A stretch of 64,000 bases of DNA, taken from the IMG/VR virus record IMGVR_UViG_2724679223_000002, positions 1-64,000 of that record; one strand, 5' to 3'. The notes beneath the pieces were generated by a model, which saw nothing but the letters and a program-made list of their open reading frames with translations, searched no databases and was not told the origin of the DNA. The DNA is from a virus. Its lineage: Duplodnaviria; Caudoviricetes. The position numbers and the translations under genes are program-made. Below are positions 10,034 through 20,241 of the stretch, one piece after another. How positions within the stretch are numbered: position 1 is the stretch's first letter; the number at the start of each line of letters is the position of its first letter.

Positions 10034-10223
10034 CGTTCCTCCTATCTTTTTTTAACTTTCCTAATTTATTTAATTTTTCTTGAATATCGTCTTTCTTTTT
10101 ACATATCTGAGAGTTTTTATGAATTATGTTATACCTCTCAGGTGGACCTGTGTATAAACCTCGTAAAAATGGGACAATTCCGATGAAAAAAAGTAATATA
10201 TAGCACTTTAAAAATAGTCTCAT
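9996..10223 (-). CDS. Small membrane-anchored protein
   Basis: N-terminal hydrophobic stretch, basic tail. Confidence 0.4.
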   Translation of the reverse strand: MRLFLKCYILLFFIGIVPFLRGLYTGPPERYNIIHKNSQICKKKDDIQEKLNKLGKLKKDRRNDAKSRRIRNKWA

Positions 10224-10230
10224 GAGCCAC

Positions 10231-10653
10231 CTACTTTATATAGTCTAAAGCAGGCTTTAAGTTGATTGCTCGAATTTGCCACTCTCTTTCTTTTGCCACT
10301 GTTTCTACGTTTAAATCTGCAATTTTCACAAAGTGAGCGATGCTTGAAAAAGCTCCAATATCTCCATTAAAATTTCGATCCGTTAGCAAGACCGGGAACT
10401 CTTTATCGGAAGAAGCTAACTGTGAAAAAATAATGTTTAGAGGGCTTGATTGTAAGATTTTTACAGTAATCAGAGCATTTCTATCATTTTTTTCTACTGT
10501 TATCGTATCTCCGTCTGCTCCGGTCACAACTTCCCGGAAGTCACTTTCATAAGCAACGGTATATTTTGCATCCTTTCCATAGTCTGTGACTCTCGTGCCA
10601 TTGACTACTAAATCATGTTTATTTGAATTGTAATTATAATGATTTCTTGCCAT
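10231..10653 (-). CDS. Tail tube protein (DUF3277-like)
   Basis: GADG...ITVKILQSSPLN motif; after sheath. Confidence 0.75.
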   Translation of the reverse strand: MARNHYNYNSNKHDLVVNGTRVTDYGKDAKYTVAYESDFREVVTGADGDTITVEKNDRNALITVKILQSSPLNIIFSQLASSDKEFPVLLTDRNFNGDIGAFSSIAHFVKIADLNVETVAKEREWQIRAINLKPALDYIK

Positions 10654-10668
10654 GTTTTCCTCCTATTT

Positions 10669-11658
10669 TTATACTGCGAAAAATAAGTCCATTTTAATTT
10701 CTTTGATTCCATAGGTGTAATAGCATGTTACTTTCACACCTGTATAAATCCCCTTCAAAACGTCATTGGCAGGAATATCTGCCACATCAATCAGTCTGAC
10801 ATTTGTCTTCCCTTCTGCCAAAGCTCCCATCGCTTCAAATTGTCCTGTTCTCTTCAAAATAACAGCTTTTAATGTAGAAGTATCATAAAAAGTTGGCTTG
10901 GGCGTTGCTTTTAGCCAAAGTGTAATATCCTCTTCCAATCTAAATTTCAAAGCTTTTGCACAGTGGATAAAGTCAATGCTATCTCCGCTTACTGTCACTC
11001 CTTCCGCAAGTCCCAGCTGTCCTTTCATTCGGGCTTGGTAATTGCAATTTAAACCTTTCAAAATCCCTTGCTCTGCCCCCGAATATCCAGAGTCTACTGC
11101 TCCGTTTATCAATTTGTTTGCAATTAAAATTGAACCGGGAAACTGCGGAATGGCATATCCTGCTACACTCGCATCCTCTGTTTCTTCATTCGAAGAAAAT
11201 ACAAGGGCTGTCGTATCTTGCGTGATAGCTTGTACTGAATTCTTCAACGAGCCTCCAACTTCTGTACCTTTCAAAGGTGTAGCAAACAGCATTTTTTCTC
11301 TTGACGCAATTTCTTTGGAAATCAAAGCAATTTTTTCTAAGTCTTGTTCATCTGTAATTGTCCCGAACCAATCGTTCGTAACAGAGTTAAACAAATCCGC
11401 ATACTCATCTCCGGCTACTTTTTTCCCAAACACTAGGACTTCTTGAGCCCCTGCCGTGAAAGCTGCCTGAATTTTCTTATACAACAAATCACTTTCCAAA
11501 AGTCCAGTCACGTCTTTGATAGAAGTGATTAATTGTTCTTTCACTTCTTTTTTTGTAGAAAAAGCCCCAATGACATTGACTGTCGCTTGATTGACTGCTG
11601 TGGGCTTATGTACATTTAAAAAGACTATCTTCTTTTCTGCTCCTATTTTGATTCCCAT
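10669..11658 (-). CDS. Tail sheath protein (DUF3383-like)
   Basis: NCNY...G.TVSGDSIDFIH pattern; synteny. Confidence 0.75.
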   Translation of the reverse strand: MGIKIGAEKKIVFLNVHKPTAVNQATVNVIGAFSTKKEVKEQLITSIKDVTGLLESDLLYKKIQAAFTAGAQEVLVFGKKVAGDEYADLFNSVTNDWFGTITDEQDLEKIALISKEIASREKMLFATPLKGTEVGGSLKNSVQAITQDTTALVFSSNEETEDASVAGYAIPQFPGSILIANKLINGAVDSGYSGAEQGILKGLNCNYQARMKGQLGLAEGVTVSGDSIDFIHCAKALKFRLEEDITLWLKATPKPTFYDTSTLKAVILKRTGQFEAMGALAEGKTNVRLIDVADIPANDVLKGIYTGVKVTCYYTYGIKEIKMDLFFAV

Positions 11659-11670
11659 GAATTCCTCCTT

Positions 11671-12231
11671 TTACTTATCGTTGTTCAACAGACGTTCAAA
11701 AAACGTTTTAAATTTTGAACGCCATATGATTCCTCCTTTTACCTTTAATTCCAGTTCGACCTTTTCAACATGCTCGATTTCAGCAATGTTTTCTTCTAAA
11801 GTTCGAACGTTCATATCAAAGCTATACCTCTCTGTATAGCTGTCTTTTGTATATTCCGAAACATCTATCAAATCAGTAATTTCTTCTATTACCAGTTCTT
11901 TTCCCGCTCTATCAATCCACCATTCCGAGCCTACAATATGTGAAAAATGCTTTCTTATCTCTTCCACATCTTCTTCACTTTCTTTTTTTGACAAAGTGAA
12001 TGTGAAGCTTATCGTGTGCCGGTGGACTTCTATCTGTTGATATATCCCTTTATCTCCGTCTTTTCTTTCTTCGTATCGTTCTACAATACTATTATTTAAA
12101 GTTCTTGACACAACACGAGGCAAGGTTTTTTCTTCGCTATGCTTAAAATCAACCATTGGCTTTATTTGAAAGTTCGGACGGATTTTCTGCATTTCTTTTA
12201 ATAGCACCACTTCCAATTCCCTATTCTTCAT
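11671..12231 (-). CDS. Tail terminator / neck protein
   Basis: Synteny before sheath. Confidence 0.5.
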   Translation of the reverse strand: MKNRELEVVLLKEMQKIRPNFQIKPMVDFKHSEEKTLPRVVSRTLNNSIVERYEERKDGDKGIYQQIEVHRHTISFTFTLSKKESEEDVEEIRKHFSHIVGSEWWIDRAGKELVIEEITDLIDVSEYTKDSYTERYSFDMNVRTLEENIAEIEHVEKVELELKVKGGIIWRSKFKTFFERLLNNDK

Positions 12232-12559
12232 TTCTCATCAGCTCCAAAGAAAATTCATCAAAGTCTGCATAAATTCTTGGTAATATGTCCGTGATTTTAT
12301 ACTCTAAGCCCTCTACTATGATAATGTCCCCCATTTGTAGCTTATCCTTTTTAAAAGACTTCCCATTCAGTGTCCCGATATTACGTCCTCCTTCTTGCAG
12401 ATTCGGGCTATTTCCTCTTAACCTTGCCTTGTATATCAGCATCAAGCAATCAAATTCCCGAACGGATCCTTCTGGACTGTCAATGTTTCCAGCTATTCTT
12501 CTCTCTACTTTGTATCTTTTCAGTTCTTCTTGAGCAAACTCTCGCAAGGTAAATTCCAT
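12221..12559 (-). CDS. Head closure protein
   Basis: GDIIIVEGLEYKI beta pattern; synteny. Confidence 0.5.
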   Translation of the reverse strand: MEFTLREFAQEELKRYKVERRIAGNIDSPEGSVREFDCLMLIYKARLRGNSPNLQEGGRNIGTLNGKSFKKDKLQMGDIIIVEGLEYKITDILPRIYADFDEFSLELMRNEE

Positions 12560-13017
12560 TATTCGCTCCTTTCAATTCTATATTTAATGCTTGAAATTAA
12601 AATACTCTCATCAATCAATGGACTGTCACTTTCTTTTCGTTTTGCCGTGTTTTCTGCAATCGGCGGAAACTTTCCATTATGAATAGTATCCTGAACTTTC
12701 GTGACTGCATACTTCCCAATTTTCTGTAAAACTTTCTTTGCTGTTGTTTTTCCTCCAACAATATCATTGATTCCTTGTTCTAGCATCAATGCAAAATGTT
12801 CTTTATGATATTGAAATGTATCTCGAAAAAATGGACGGGATGGGAAAGAAACTCGAAATTCATCACTTCCATATTCCATTAGCATGGCAACATAATCTAC
12901 AGCCAGTCCTGTTTTTTCATAAGTTTTCTTATCATCAATATAGATAATAAGTCTTAACTCCTGAAGTTCTTCTAGCTCTTTTACAATTTTTTTCCATCCC
13001 AAATCCTCGTCTTTCAT
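12559..13017 (-). CDS. Neck/tail completion protein
   Basis: EYG...PSRPFFR...PLID motif. Confidence 0.65.
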   Translation of the reverse strand: MKDEDLGWKKIVKELEELQELRLIIYIDDKKTYEKTGLAVDYVAMLMEYGSDEFRVSFPSRPFFRDTFQYHKEHFALMLEQGINDIVGGKTTAKKVLQKIGKYAVTKVQDTIHNGKFPPIAENTAKRKESDSPLIDESILISSIKYRIERSE

Positions 13018-13027
13018 TGTATCTCCT

Positions 13028-13426
13028 TTAAAATGTCTTTCGACTAAAACGCTTCATAATTCTAGCCGCCTCTACGCTTGCAAAAGTAATTTCTCCAATT
13101 TTTTGGCTTCTGTCATAGCTTATCGACATATCGTTGATAGTCTTTCCTACAATCCCTTTGCCAAGTCTTTTAATGTCTTCATTTCCCCCGCTCATGATTG
13201 CATACGCTTCTAATATTTGCACTCTTTGAATTAGCTTCATCACTTCTTCGCTATCATGTAAGCGAGGGAAATTTTTCTCCCCTTGCATCCGACCATTTCT
13301 AGCCCCAATGGCTTCGATTTTGTCAAACGCTTGATATAGAGCTTTTTCTAGCTCTTCTTTGTCTATCTCCCCATGTCTTGCAGTTAAGAAAGCTTGTGCT
13401 TCCTCCACTGTCACATACCCAATCAT
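13028..13426 (-). CDS. Head-tail adaptor
   Basis: YVTVEEA...FPR...ISY pattern; after capsid. Confidence 0.6.
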   Translation of the reverse strand: MIGYVTVEEAQAFLTARHGEIDKEELEKALYQAFDKIEAIGARNGRMQGEKNFPRLHDSEEVMKLIQRVQILEAYAIMSGGNEDIKRLGKGIVGKTINDMSISYDRSQKIGEITFASVEAARIMKRFSRKTF

Positions 13427-13662
13427 TTTTGTTTTCCTTTCTTTTTGTCTGTTTTTTCTACTTCCTGAATATCTTCAGAAGTATCCCCTGTGGATTCTTC
13501 TTCCGCAGGAACTTCTTCTTTGACTTCCTCAATATTTTGGTTTTTTAATAACTCTTTAATTTCTTCTTTGTCCTCAATTTCTAAAATCCCATCGTGAAAT
13601 TGATGATATTGATTTTTCCCTTTTACATACACACTGGCATATAAGATATGTCTTAATTTCAT
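13423..13662 (-). CDS. Hypothetical head-associated protein
   Basis: RBS, synteny. Confidence 0.5.
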   Translation of the reverse strand: MKLRHILYASVYVKGKNQYHQFHDGILEIEDKEEIKELLKNQNIEEVKEEVPAEEESTGDTSEDIQEVEKTDKKKGKQK

Positions 13663-13671
13663 GCTTTCCTC

Positions 13672-14781
13672 CTATCTTTTCAAGTTTACAATCATTCCCA
13701 TCGTATGAATATTTCTGACTTGTACAGAAAGTTCTGTCACAATCAAACCTTTCGTATTATCCCCAGTTTCTCCCATGTATTTATGAGATAATCCACGAAG
13801 AACTTTTGCTTCAATGTCATCATGATTCAAAATCATCATTTCATCTCCACGTAAATTAGTTGTCGGAATAATAGGAAGAGTCCCGAAATCTGTTGCAATA
13901 TAAGTAGCTACAGCCCCCAAAGTATGTTCTGCTGGCGGTGCTTGGATGTAGTCTTTTAGCAACTTGGAAATCTTTACCTTTTGAATTCCCGGAACATATA
14001 ACGCATAGTTTCCACCGTCTACGTCTCCACCTACTTCAAAGATTTTTCGTAGAACATTTCCAATCATTTCCAAAGAAATATCTTGTCCCCCTGCATCGAC
14101 TAACTGCCCTTTGACTAAGAAACGTTTGACTCCGTCCATTCCTCTTTTTGTTCCTTCTTCAAATTTTTTCCCTTTGATAATCGCTTTCTCAATCTTTCCT
14201 AACACAGTATCCATCTTTCTAGTTTGTTCCAATGTGTAAACGTCCACTCCTCCAGAAGATGGAACATTAATTGCTTCAGAAGTTCCTGATACAGAAATTT
14301 CTTCGCGAATAATTTGAGTGTTGTTGTCGTAGTTCACACCCTTTTTATAGGTTGTTCCTTGAAGATCTGCTCCTTCAGCGATGTTATCGTTGATGAAAAA
14401 GATTTCTTCTCCAATTTTGTAAGATGCCGCTGCTGTCGTAGTTAATTGTGCTCTTTTCACTGTCAAAACATTTTCAGCAATATTTGAGATTTCAACGACT
14501 TCATCTCCAATTGCCGCCAAACATCCTTTTTTAAAGATAGAACCATCTTCTACTGTGAAGGAAGTCTCTGAATTCGAAGAAACTGCTTTTGTCAAAATCG
14601 TTTGCGTTCCCTCAGAAGAGTAGTCTACCCAAGTTATTTTAGTTTGAGTTGCAGTTCCTAATCTTCCCAATGCAACTAAATTTAAATATAACGGAGCTCT
14701 GTTAGCGTTTGTATATGCCAACAAAGGTGTTAAATCTTCCTTATGTCCTACAATTCTATCCACTGTAATCATATTTTTCAT
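13672..14781 (-). CDS. Major capsid protein (SU10/DUF5309-like)
   Basis: NNTQIIREEISVSGT, KRGMDGV, Y.TDFG motifs; after scaffold. Confidence 0.75.
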   Translation of the reverse strand: MKNMITVDRIVGHKEDLTPLLAYTNANRAPLYLNLVALGRLGTATQTKITWVDYSSEGTQTILTKAVSSNSETSFTVEDGSIFKKGCLAAIGDEVVEISNIAENVLTVKRAQLTTTAAASYKIGEEIFFINDNIAEGADLQGTTYKKGVNYDNNTQIIREEISVSGTSEAINVPSSGGVDVYTLEQTRKMDTVLGKIEKAIIKGKKFEEGTKRGMDGVKRFLVKGQLVDAGGQDISLEMIGNVLRKIFEVGGDVDGGNYALYVPGIQKVKISKLLKDYIQAPPAEHTLGAVATYIATDFGTLPIIPTTNLRGDEMMILNHDDIEAKVLRGLSHKYMGETGDNTKGLIVTELSVQVRNIHTMGMIVNLKR

Positions 14782-14784
14782 TTA

Positions 14785-15390
14785 TTATTCCCCCTTTTCT
14801 AATTCCGCTTTTTTGCTTAATAACAATGTAATTCTTGCCCGATTCATCATAGAGTTCCCTTTTTTCTTCAATTCTTCCAACTCCGCATTGACCTTTTCCA
14901 AGTCTGTTTTAGGCTCTGTTTTCGTGACCGCTGGTGGTGTACTTGTCCCTCCTGGTTCAAACAAGTCCTTGTATTGTGTTTTTAGAGAATTCAATTGTTC
15001 ATCTAAGCCTTCAATCTTATCTTCTTTGAATTGAATTTTAGAGAAATCTATCTTAGCCATCAGCAATTCTCCATATTTCACTCCTGAAAGAATTTTTTCA
15101 ATCGCTAATTTCTTGACATTTTCTAAAGTTCCCCCAAGTACTAATCCTTGTTTTAAGTCTTCCTCTGTGACCTCTTTTCCAAGTTTTTCTTTCAAAAATG
15201 CTTGCACTGCTGTAGCCCCAACTTGCTTCGTCATTTCCGGCTTTCCCGCCAAATATCCCTTGACTTCTTCATCTGTCAAAGGAGTTTTTACTTGTTTTTC
15301 CACTTCTGTCACAAAGCCATTTTTAGAAAGAAATTCCTTGTTTTCTTCCTTTTTCAAATAGTCTATGACTTCTTGTTCATTTTCAATCAT
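14785..15390 (-). CDS. Capsid scaffolding protein
   Basis: GLDEQLNSLKTQYKDLF motif; start 15390 after AGGAGG. Confidence 0.7.
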   Translation of the reverse strand: MIENEQEVIDYLKKEENKEFLSKNGFVTEVEKQVKTPLTDEEVKGYLAGKPEMTKQVGATAVQAFLKEKLGKEVTEEDLKQGLVLGGTLENVKKLAIEKILSGVKYGELLMAKIDFSKIQFKEDKIEGLDEQLNSLKTQYKDLFEPGGTSTPPAVTKTEPKTDLEKVNAELEELKKKGNSMMNRARITLLLSKKAELEKGE

Positions 15391-16204
15391 TGTTTCCTCC
15401 TTTATTTTTCTTAATTGATTCTGCCCAGCATCGACATCCAAATTCCTGTCCGGGTAAAATATCTTCATCTACTCGAAAGATTTTGCCGTCTTTTTCAATA
15501 TGTTCCATCCGCACTCGATTATCTTGCATCGTATGCCATACATAGTATTCAATTCCGTTTTCTAGCCATAAATCTTGCAACTGGGAAGCATAAATATTTC
15601 CAGTCTGGTTTCTCGCCCAAAGCTCATTTCTTCTATTTGCCCATTCATGGAGTTTTTTAATCTCTGTTTGTCCTAATGTCCTATTTCTTTCCAATTTTTC
15701 AATCAGATGTTTCACGTCACCGCTTGGAGCATAGTAGTTTTTTAAACGATTCAATAGCTTATCTATGTCTGTGTTTGATATCTTCCCTTGCAGCAACTTA
15801 TCAAATCTATGATCTAAAGGAGCATTAAAAGATTTTAAAATCTTTTTATACTCTTGTTCTTTGAAGGTTTCCATTTGTTGTGGAAATGTCTTTGACATTT
15901 TTTGCATGTGTAAATAATTTTCCCGAATCCAAAATTTTGCTCCCGTCAAATCAGGACGCTTTAATTCTTCGTCCGTTAAAGTTCGCCAAGACTCAAAGAC
16001 ATGCTTATTCGTAGCAATCGCTACTTTTGTCAAATCTTCTATCATTTTTTTCTTTTCCAAATTAGAGAATTCTATGTCCGGAAGTTCTGTAAGTTCCTCT
16101 TCTTTCATTGCCTCTTTATACTTATTCAAAAGCTTCTTCGAATGAAAGGTAAATACTCTTTGAAGTTGCTTCTCTACATTATGGGGAAACAGGCTCTTCT
16201 TCAT
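15383..16204 (-). CDS. Minor head protein (SPP1 gp7/Mu gpF family)
   Basis: YVWHTMQDNRVR..H...PGQEFGCRC. Confidence 0.85.
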   Translation of the reverse strand: MKKSLFPHNVEKQLQRVFTFHSKKLLNKYKEAMKEEELTELPDIEFSNLEKKKMIEDLTKVAIATNKHVFESWRTLTDEELKRPDLTGAKFWIRENYLHMQKMSKTFPQQMETFKEQEYKKILKSFNAPLDHRFDKLLQGKISNTDIDKLLNRLKNYYAPSGDVKHLIEKLERNRTLGQTEIKKLHEWANRRNELWARNQTGNIYASQLQDLWLENGIEYYVWHTMQDNRVRMEHIEKDGKIFRVDEDILPGQEFGCRCWAESIKKNKGGNND

Positions 16205-17672
16205 CTAAACCAAGCTCCTTTATCAGTTCATCTCCTTGTCTTTTTAATAATCCTGCTATTCGTTCTTCTGTGTCAATCTCTTGTAATATTCGCAAAGACT
16301 CTATCAATTTTGTTCGATACGATAAATCTGTTTTCGTTCGTCTAAGTTCATCTTCTACGTTAATATCTGCAATATTGACATATTTAATCGCACTCTCAAT
16401 ACTTAGTATTCCTGAGCTAATCCCCTGTACTGCTATGAGTATCTTTTCTCCCACTCCCAATGAAAGAATATCTTTTCCAGTAATTATGACCTCTAACTCT
16501 TGATGATACAGCTCCTGATATCCCCACCGAAGCACTTTTTCAAACCCGGTAAACACACGATCCCTCTTTGCCACTACTGTTGAAATCGTTCTTTCCATAT
16601 CCCGTCTTTTTGCTTCCCCAGATGCGGAAGAACCATTTTTATTCAGTCCAAATGCTTGCTCATTTGTCCCGGTATTTTGATAGATTTGCTCGATAATATT
16701 TTTACGATGAGCATTCCATTCTTCCGTTTTTGTATTCATCTGAATTTGTTTAATTTCCTTGTCTTCCGGTTCTACGATGACAATTCTATCCTTTATTTTG
16801 ATAGCCAAGTTTCCTTCCTCATCGTATTCCAAAGCACCATCGGGAAATTGTAGTAGCGGATTCGCTACTTTATCAAAAGCCTGACTTGTTAGAGTATCAC
16901 CAATCACAAGCTCTCGATTATGGATGACTAAGTCTTCTACATAGTCGCTTCTGTGAAATAAATTATGAATTTCAACTACCTGCCAATTTTCATATTTTTT
17001 AATCCACCCTAGTCCATCTTGGACGGCTCCATATTCTCTTAAATCAAGCGGATAAGGCATTTCAGATAATCCTTCTTTTTCTATCTTGTATTTCCGATAT
17101 TCCGTTTTTCCTTTTTTGTAGATTTCTGTTGTTAGTACTTTTTTCTCTTCTTCAAAAACAACATAGTAATCTACTAAATCACTGTTCAATTGGCTTTTTA
17201 CAGCAAAATATTGATACGGTGGAATGATGTCTATATAGAATTTTCCATCTACAATATAGCCTTTTAAGAGTAGTTTTCCTGCATAGCTTTGAATCGCTAC
17301 CGCTTCCGCCGTCTTATCTTGCAAGTCAATTTCTTCTAATATTTTTTTCTTTTCCTCTTCGATAGAAATGGTTGGTTCTGTATTAGAAGCCAGCTCTGCA
17401 TAAAGCTTCGTCACTGCACCCAATATGTTATTTCCCACAACCAAGTCCTTGAACGGTCGATAGACTCTTTCCAAAATCCGCCCGTTTCTGTTAAATTCAG
17501 CGTATTGGTTTTTATCATTTAAGACTCCCATGTATTCCAATTTCACTCTCTTCAGAACGTCTTGATAAAAGACTTCGGAGGATTTTCCTGCGAAAAGCTT
17601 TTGATTCCGGCTATAATTCATATATATTTCACTGTTTCTATGCTTTCGATACGCCTCAAATATCTCTTGCAT
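16179..17672 (-). CDS. Portal protein (SPP1 gp6-like)
   Basis: 497 aa after terminase; ASGEAKR motif. Confidence 0.8.
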   Translation of the reverse strand: MQEIFEAYRKHRNSEIYMNYSRNQKLFAGKSSEVFYQDVLKRVKLEYMGVLNDKNQYAEFNRNGRILERVYRPFKDLVVGNNILGAVTKLYAELASNTEPTISIEEEKKKILEEIDLQDKTAEAVAIQSYAGKLLLKGYIVDGKFYIDIIPPYQYFAVKSQLNSDLVDYYVVFEEEKKVLTTEIYKKGKTEYRKYKIEKEGLSEMPYPLDLREYGAVQDGLGWIKKYENWQVVEIHNLFHRSDYVEDLVIHNRELVIGDTLTSQAFDKVANPLLQFPDGALEYDEEGNLAIKIKDRIVIVEPEDKEIKQIQMNTKTEEWNAHRKNIIEQIYQNTGTNEQAFGLNKNGSSASGEAKRRDMERTISTVVAKRDRVFTGFEKVLRWGYQELYHQELEVIITGKDILSLGVGEKILIAVQGISSGILSIESAIKYVNIADINVEDELRRTKTDLSYRTKLIESLRILQEIDTEERIAGLLKRQGDELIKELGLDEEEPVSP

Positions 17673-17785
17673 TTTGTATCCCCCTTTAAAATCGTTTTTA
17701 AGCCCTTTGATGTTTCACTTCAATAAAATGTACCCTAAACCATTTCAAATGATTTTTGAACGCCCATTGAACGACGACAGGTATA
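17673..17785. other. Central non-coding site resembling the Mu strong gyrase site
   Basis: Intergenic gap with phased A/T tracts (TTTAAAATCGTTTTTAAGCCC...TTTTTGAACGCCCATTGAACG) at about the midpoint of prophage 1. Confidence 0.4.
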
Positions 17786-19093
17786 TCACAGACCGCTTGG
17801 ACGACTAAACTTTTTACTGTTTGCCTCTCTCCTCTTTTTCAAGTCTCCTTCAAAAGCATATCGGGTAGCATCTATTGTATGATTGTCTATGTCCGCTAAC
17901 CTTGCCACTGTTTCTCCATATCTATCAATGTCATAGTCTGCTAGTTGAAACTCTCTTGCGATGTTAGGAGTTCTCTCCGGATCTATGTAGATTTCCATCT
18001 CTCCCAACCACTTCTCTCCGCTCTCTACGCTTCCTTTTCCTTTTTTAGCACTATAAGCCCGTATTCCATAAGTCCGCAGTTCCGCAACAGACTTTGGCTC
18101 TGCACTATCACAAGTCACCGTTTCATTTCTTTTAATCTGCTTTTTAATTGCCTTCGCCAATACTTCATTTGATTTCTGTACTCCATAAAATTCTGATATA
18201 GCATAAATTCTTTTTCGCATTCGGTCATATCCCCACCTTACAAATGCCACCGGATCCACTGCATACCCCCAGTCCACTCCATTCCGGAATGTATCAAGCG
18301 TTCTAATGAGTGAATCCGGAATTTTTTCAAGATGCAAGTGTGGGAAAGGAACAACTCCGCCACCAACCGGCTTTCCTAGATACTCCCAATCGTAACCAAC
18401 TGAATCTTTTTTCTTTTTTTCATCTGCTTCTAAAATAAATTCTTCTGAGAGATATGGATTGTCTATATAGCAAGAATGATGAATAAATGAGGTTTCTTGC
18501 TTTTGAATCACTCCATATTTTTTGTTAATCCAATGATGCCGCTGCTTTGGCGGATTGTAAGATAAAAATCCCTTGTACTTTAAATTGTCTGAAATTTTTC
18601 CCCGTAAAACTGACTTTATGACTATTTCTATTTCTTCCTCTGTGGAAAATTCTGCCGCTTCTTCTATCCAAAAATATGCGATTGGAAATTCCGCGGTTTT
18701 CATAGATTTTCTTTTATTGGGATCATCTACCCCAAAGAATAGGAATTTATTCCCTCTAGGAGCATAAATGATTTCCATAGGGGATGTTTTAAAAATGAAG
18801 TAATCTTCTACCCCTAGTTCTTGTATTGCCCACTTGATTTGCTCATATACGCTTGTTCTCAATGTTTCAGCAACTTTACGAAGTACAACAACATTCACAG
18901 GTTCTCTCATTAAAGAAAGCACTAAAATAAGAGCAATATGAGAAGACTTTGCAGATGCCCGTCCCCCTTTGCACACATATCTTGTATACTGAGAAGAACG
19001 CCACGCTGTATATAGATTATGAAAGTTAGGAAGTAAAATTTCACTAATTCTCTTCACTTTGTGATTTGTCAAATCCATCTTCTTTGATGTCAT
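17786..19093 (-). CDS. Terminase large subunit, PBSX family
   Basis: KGGRASAKS Walker A, WIEEAAE Walker B, SYNPP, GVDWG, NHTIDATRYA. Confidence 0.95.
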   Translation of the reverse strand: MTSKKMDLTNHKVKRISEILLPNFHNLYTAWRSSQYTRYVCKGGRASAKSSHIALILVLSLMREPVNVVVLRKVAETLRTSVYEQIKWAIQELGVEDYFIFKTSPMEIIYAPRGNKFLFFGVDDPNKRKSMKTAEFPIAYFWIEEAAEFSTEEEIEIVIKSVLRGKISDNLKYKGFLSYNPPKQRHHWINKKYGVIQKQETSFIHHSCYIDNPYLSEEFILEADEKKKKDSVGYDWEYLGKPVGGGVVPFPHLHLEKIPDSLIRTLDTFRNGVDWGYAVDPVAFVRWGYDRMRKRIYAISEFYGVQKSNEVLAKAIKKQIKRNETVTCDSAEPKSVAELRTYGIRAYSAKKGKGSVESGEKWLGEMEIYIDPERTPNIAREFQLADYDIDRYGETVARLADIDNHTIDATRYAFEGDLKKRREANSKKFSRPSGL

Positions 19094-19454
19094 CTATAAA
19101 CACAACTCCCTTCTGCTCTTCATTTGCCTCTAACATTGCTTCTCTCTCTTTTCTAGCGTCCATTTTTTCTAAGACATTGGCAATTTTAATCAAAGCATCC
19201 GCTGCTTTCGGATTTTGCAATAAGTGAGGATTTTCTATAATTTCAAGCAAGTTTTTCTTATGTGCTTCATCCAGCAAGTCAGACATGTCATCTGTCGTCA
19301 TTTGTGCGATTTTACGAGATTGCTCGAACTCTTCTTTATACTGCTTTATCCATCTGTATATCGTTCCTGTCGACTTTTCTAATAACTTTGCGATTTCTTC
19401 CGCACTCTTGCCTTCGGCGTACAATTTCTTTGCTCGAATTTGCTCAACGTTCAC
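19044..19454 (-). CDS. Terminase small subunit (HTH)
   Basis: AKKLYAEG..AEEIAKLL...GTIYRW; FIDDI C-terminus. Confidence 0.75.
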   Translation of the reverse strand: MNVEQIRAKKLYAEGKSAEEIAKLLEKSTGTIYRWIKQYKEEFEQSRKIAQMTTDDMSDLLDEAHKKNLLEIIENPHLLQNPKAADALIKIANVLEKMDARKEREAMLEANEEQKGVVFIDDIKEDGFDKSQSEEN

Positions 19455-19580
19455 AGAGCCTCCCCCTTCCTTTCTTTATTCTTCACTTATATTGTGCCTT
19501 TCTTTCCGTTTTTTCATTCGGAAAACTCGAAAAATTCCACAAAAAAGAAAAAAAGACGAGATTTTTATTTCTCGTCTTCT

Positions 19581-20048
19581 TTATATTAACTTATTTTGAT
19601 TTTCTAAAATACAAGCAATGACCTGCTCTAGTTGCTCTTTTGTTAATGTATTTGGGAGCTTTTCAAGGTTCAATCCTTTCCGATAATATTGTAACGCAAT
19701 TCGGATATTTTCAAAGTTCCAAAATTTGCTTCTCAAGAATTCAACAAATTCTTCTTCTTTGTCATTTTCTTCCTGAAAAATGACTTTTGCTATTGCCCGA
19801 TATTGCCGTCTTTCTATTGTTCCAGTCAGTAAATTGACCCCTTTTTTATTTGTTGCATCACATACATAATACCTATTATTTGAGCAATCTACAAAGCCGC
19901 AATGATGTCTGCGTTTTCCGTAGTACATAGTAAAGTAGATTCTATGTATTTGCCCAGCCGACCATGAATTTACAGAGAAACGAAATCCGTTTATATCTGC
20001 CAAAGATTCCAATTTCTTTTCCAGCTCATAAATGTTTACAATGTCCAA
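19581..20048 (-). CDS. Hypothetical protein (accessory operon)
   Basis: TTG start after AGGAGG. Confidence 0.55.
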   Translation of the reverse strand: MDIVNIYELEKKLESLADINGFRFSVNSWSAGQIHRIYFTMYYGKRRHHCGFVDCSNNRYYVCDATNKKGVNLLTGTIERRQYRAIAKVIFQEENDKEEEFVEFLRSKFWNFENIRIALQYYRKGLNLEKLPNTLTKEQLEQVIACILENQNKLI

Positions 20049-20058
20049 ATAGCCTCCT

Positions 20059-20241
20059 TTATTCTTTCAGAAATTCTGTCAAAGCTTCTTCTATCACTTT
20101 ACTGAAGCTTTGTCCCGGATATTTCTCTTCCAATTTTTTTAAAAGCTCCGGAGAAATCACAAAAGATTTGGTGATTTTTTTGTTTTCTTTTGCTTTCCGC
20201 CCGGAGCCCTCTCTTTTTCCGCCCCATGTATTTTCTGTCAT
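20059..20241 (-). CDS. Small ribbon-helix-helix regulator (Aca-like candidate)
   Basis: WGGKREGSGRK N-terminus plus RHH pattern; paralogous to 56749..56931. Confidence 0.6.
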   Translation of the reverse strand: MTENTWGGKREGSGRKAKENKKITKSFVISPELLKKLEEKYPGQSFSKVIEEALTEFLKE

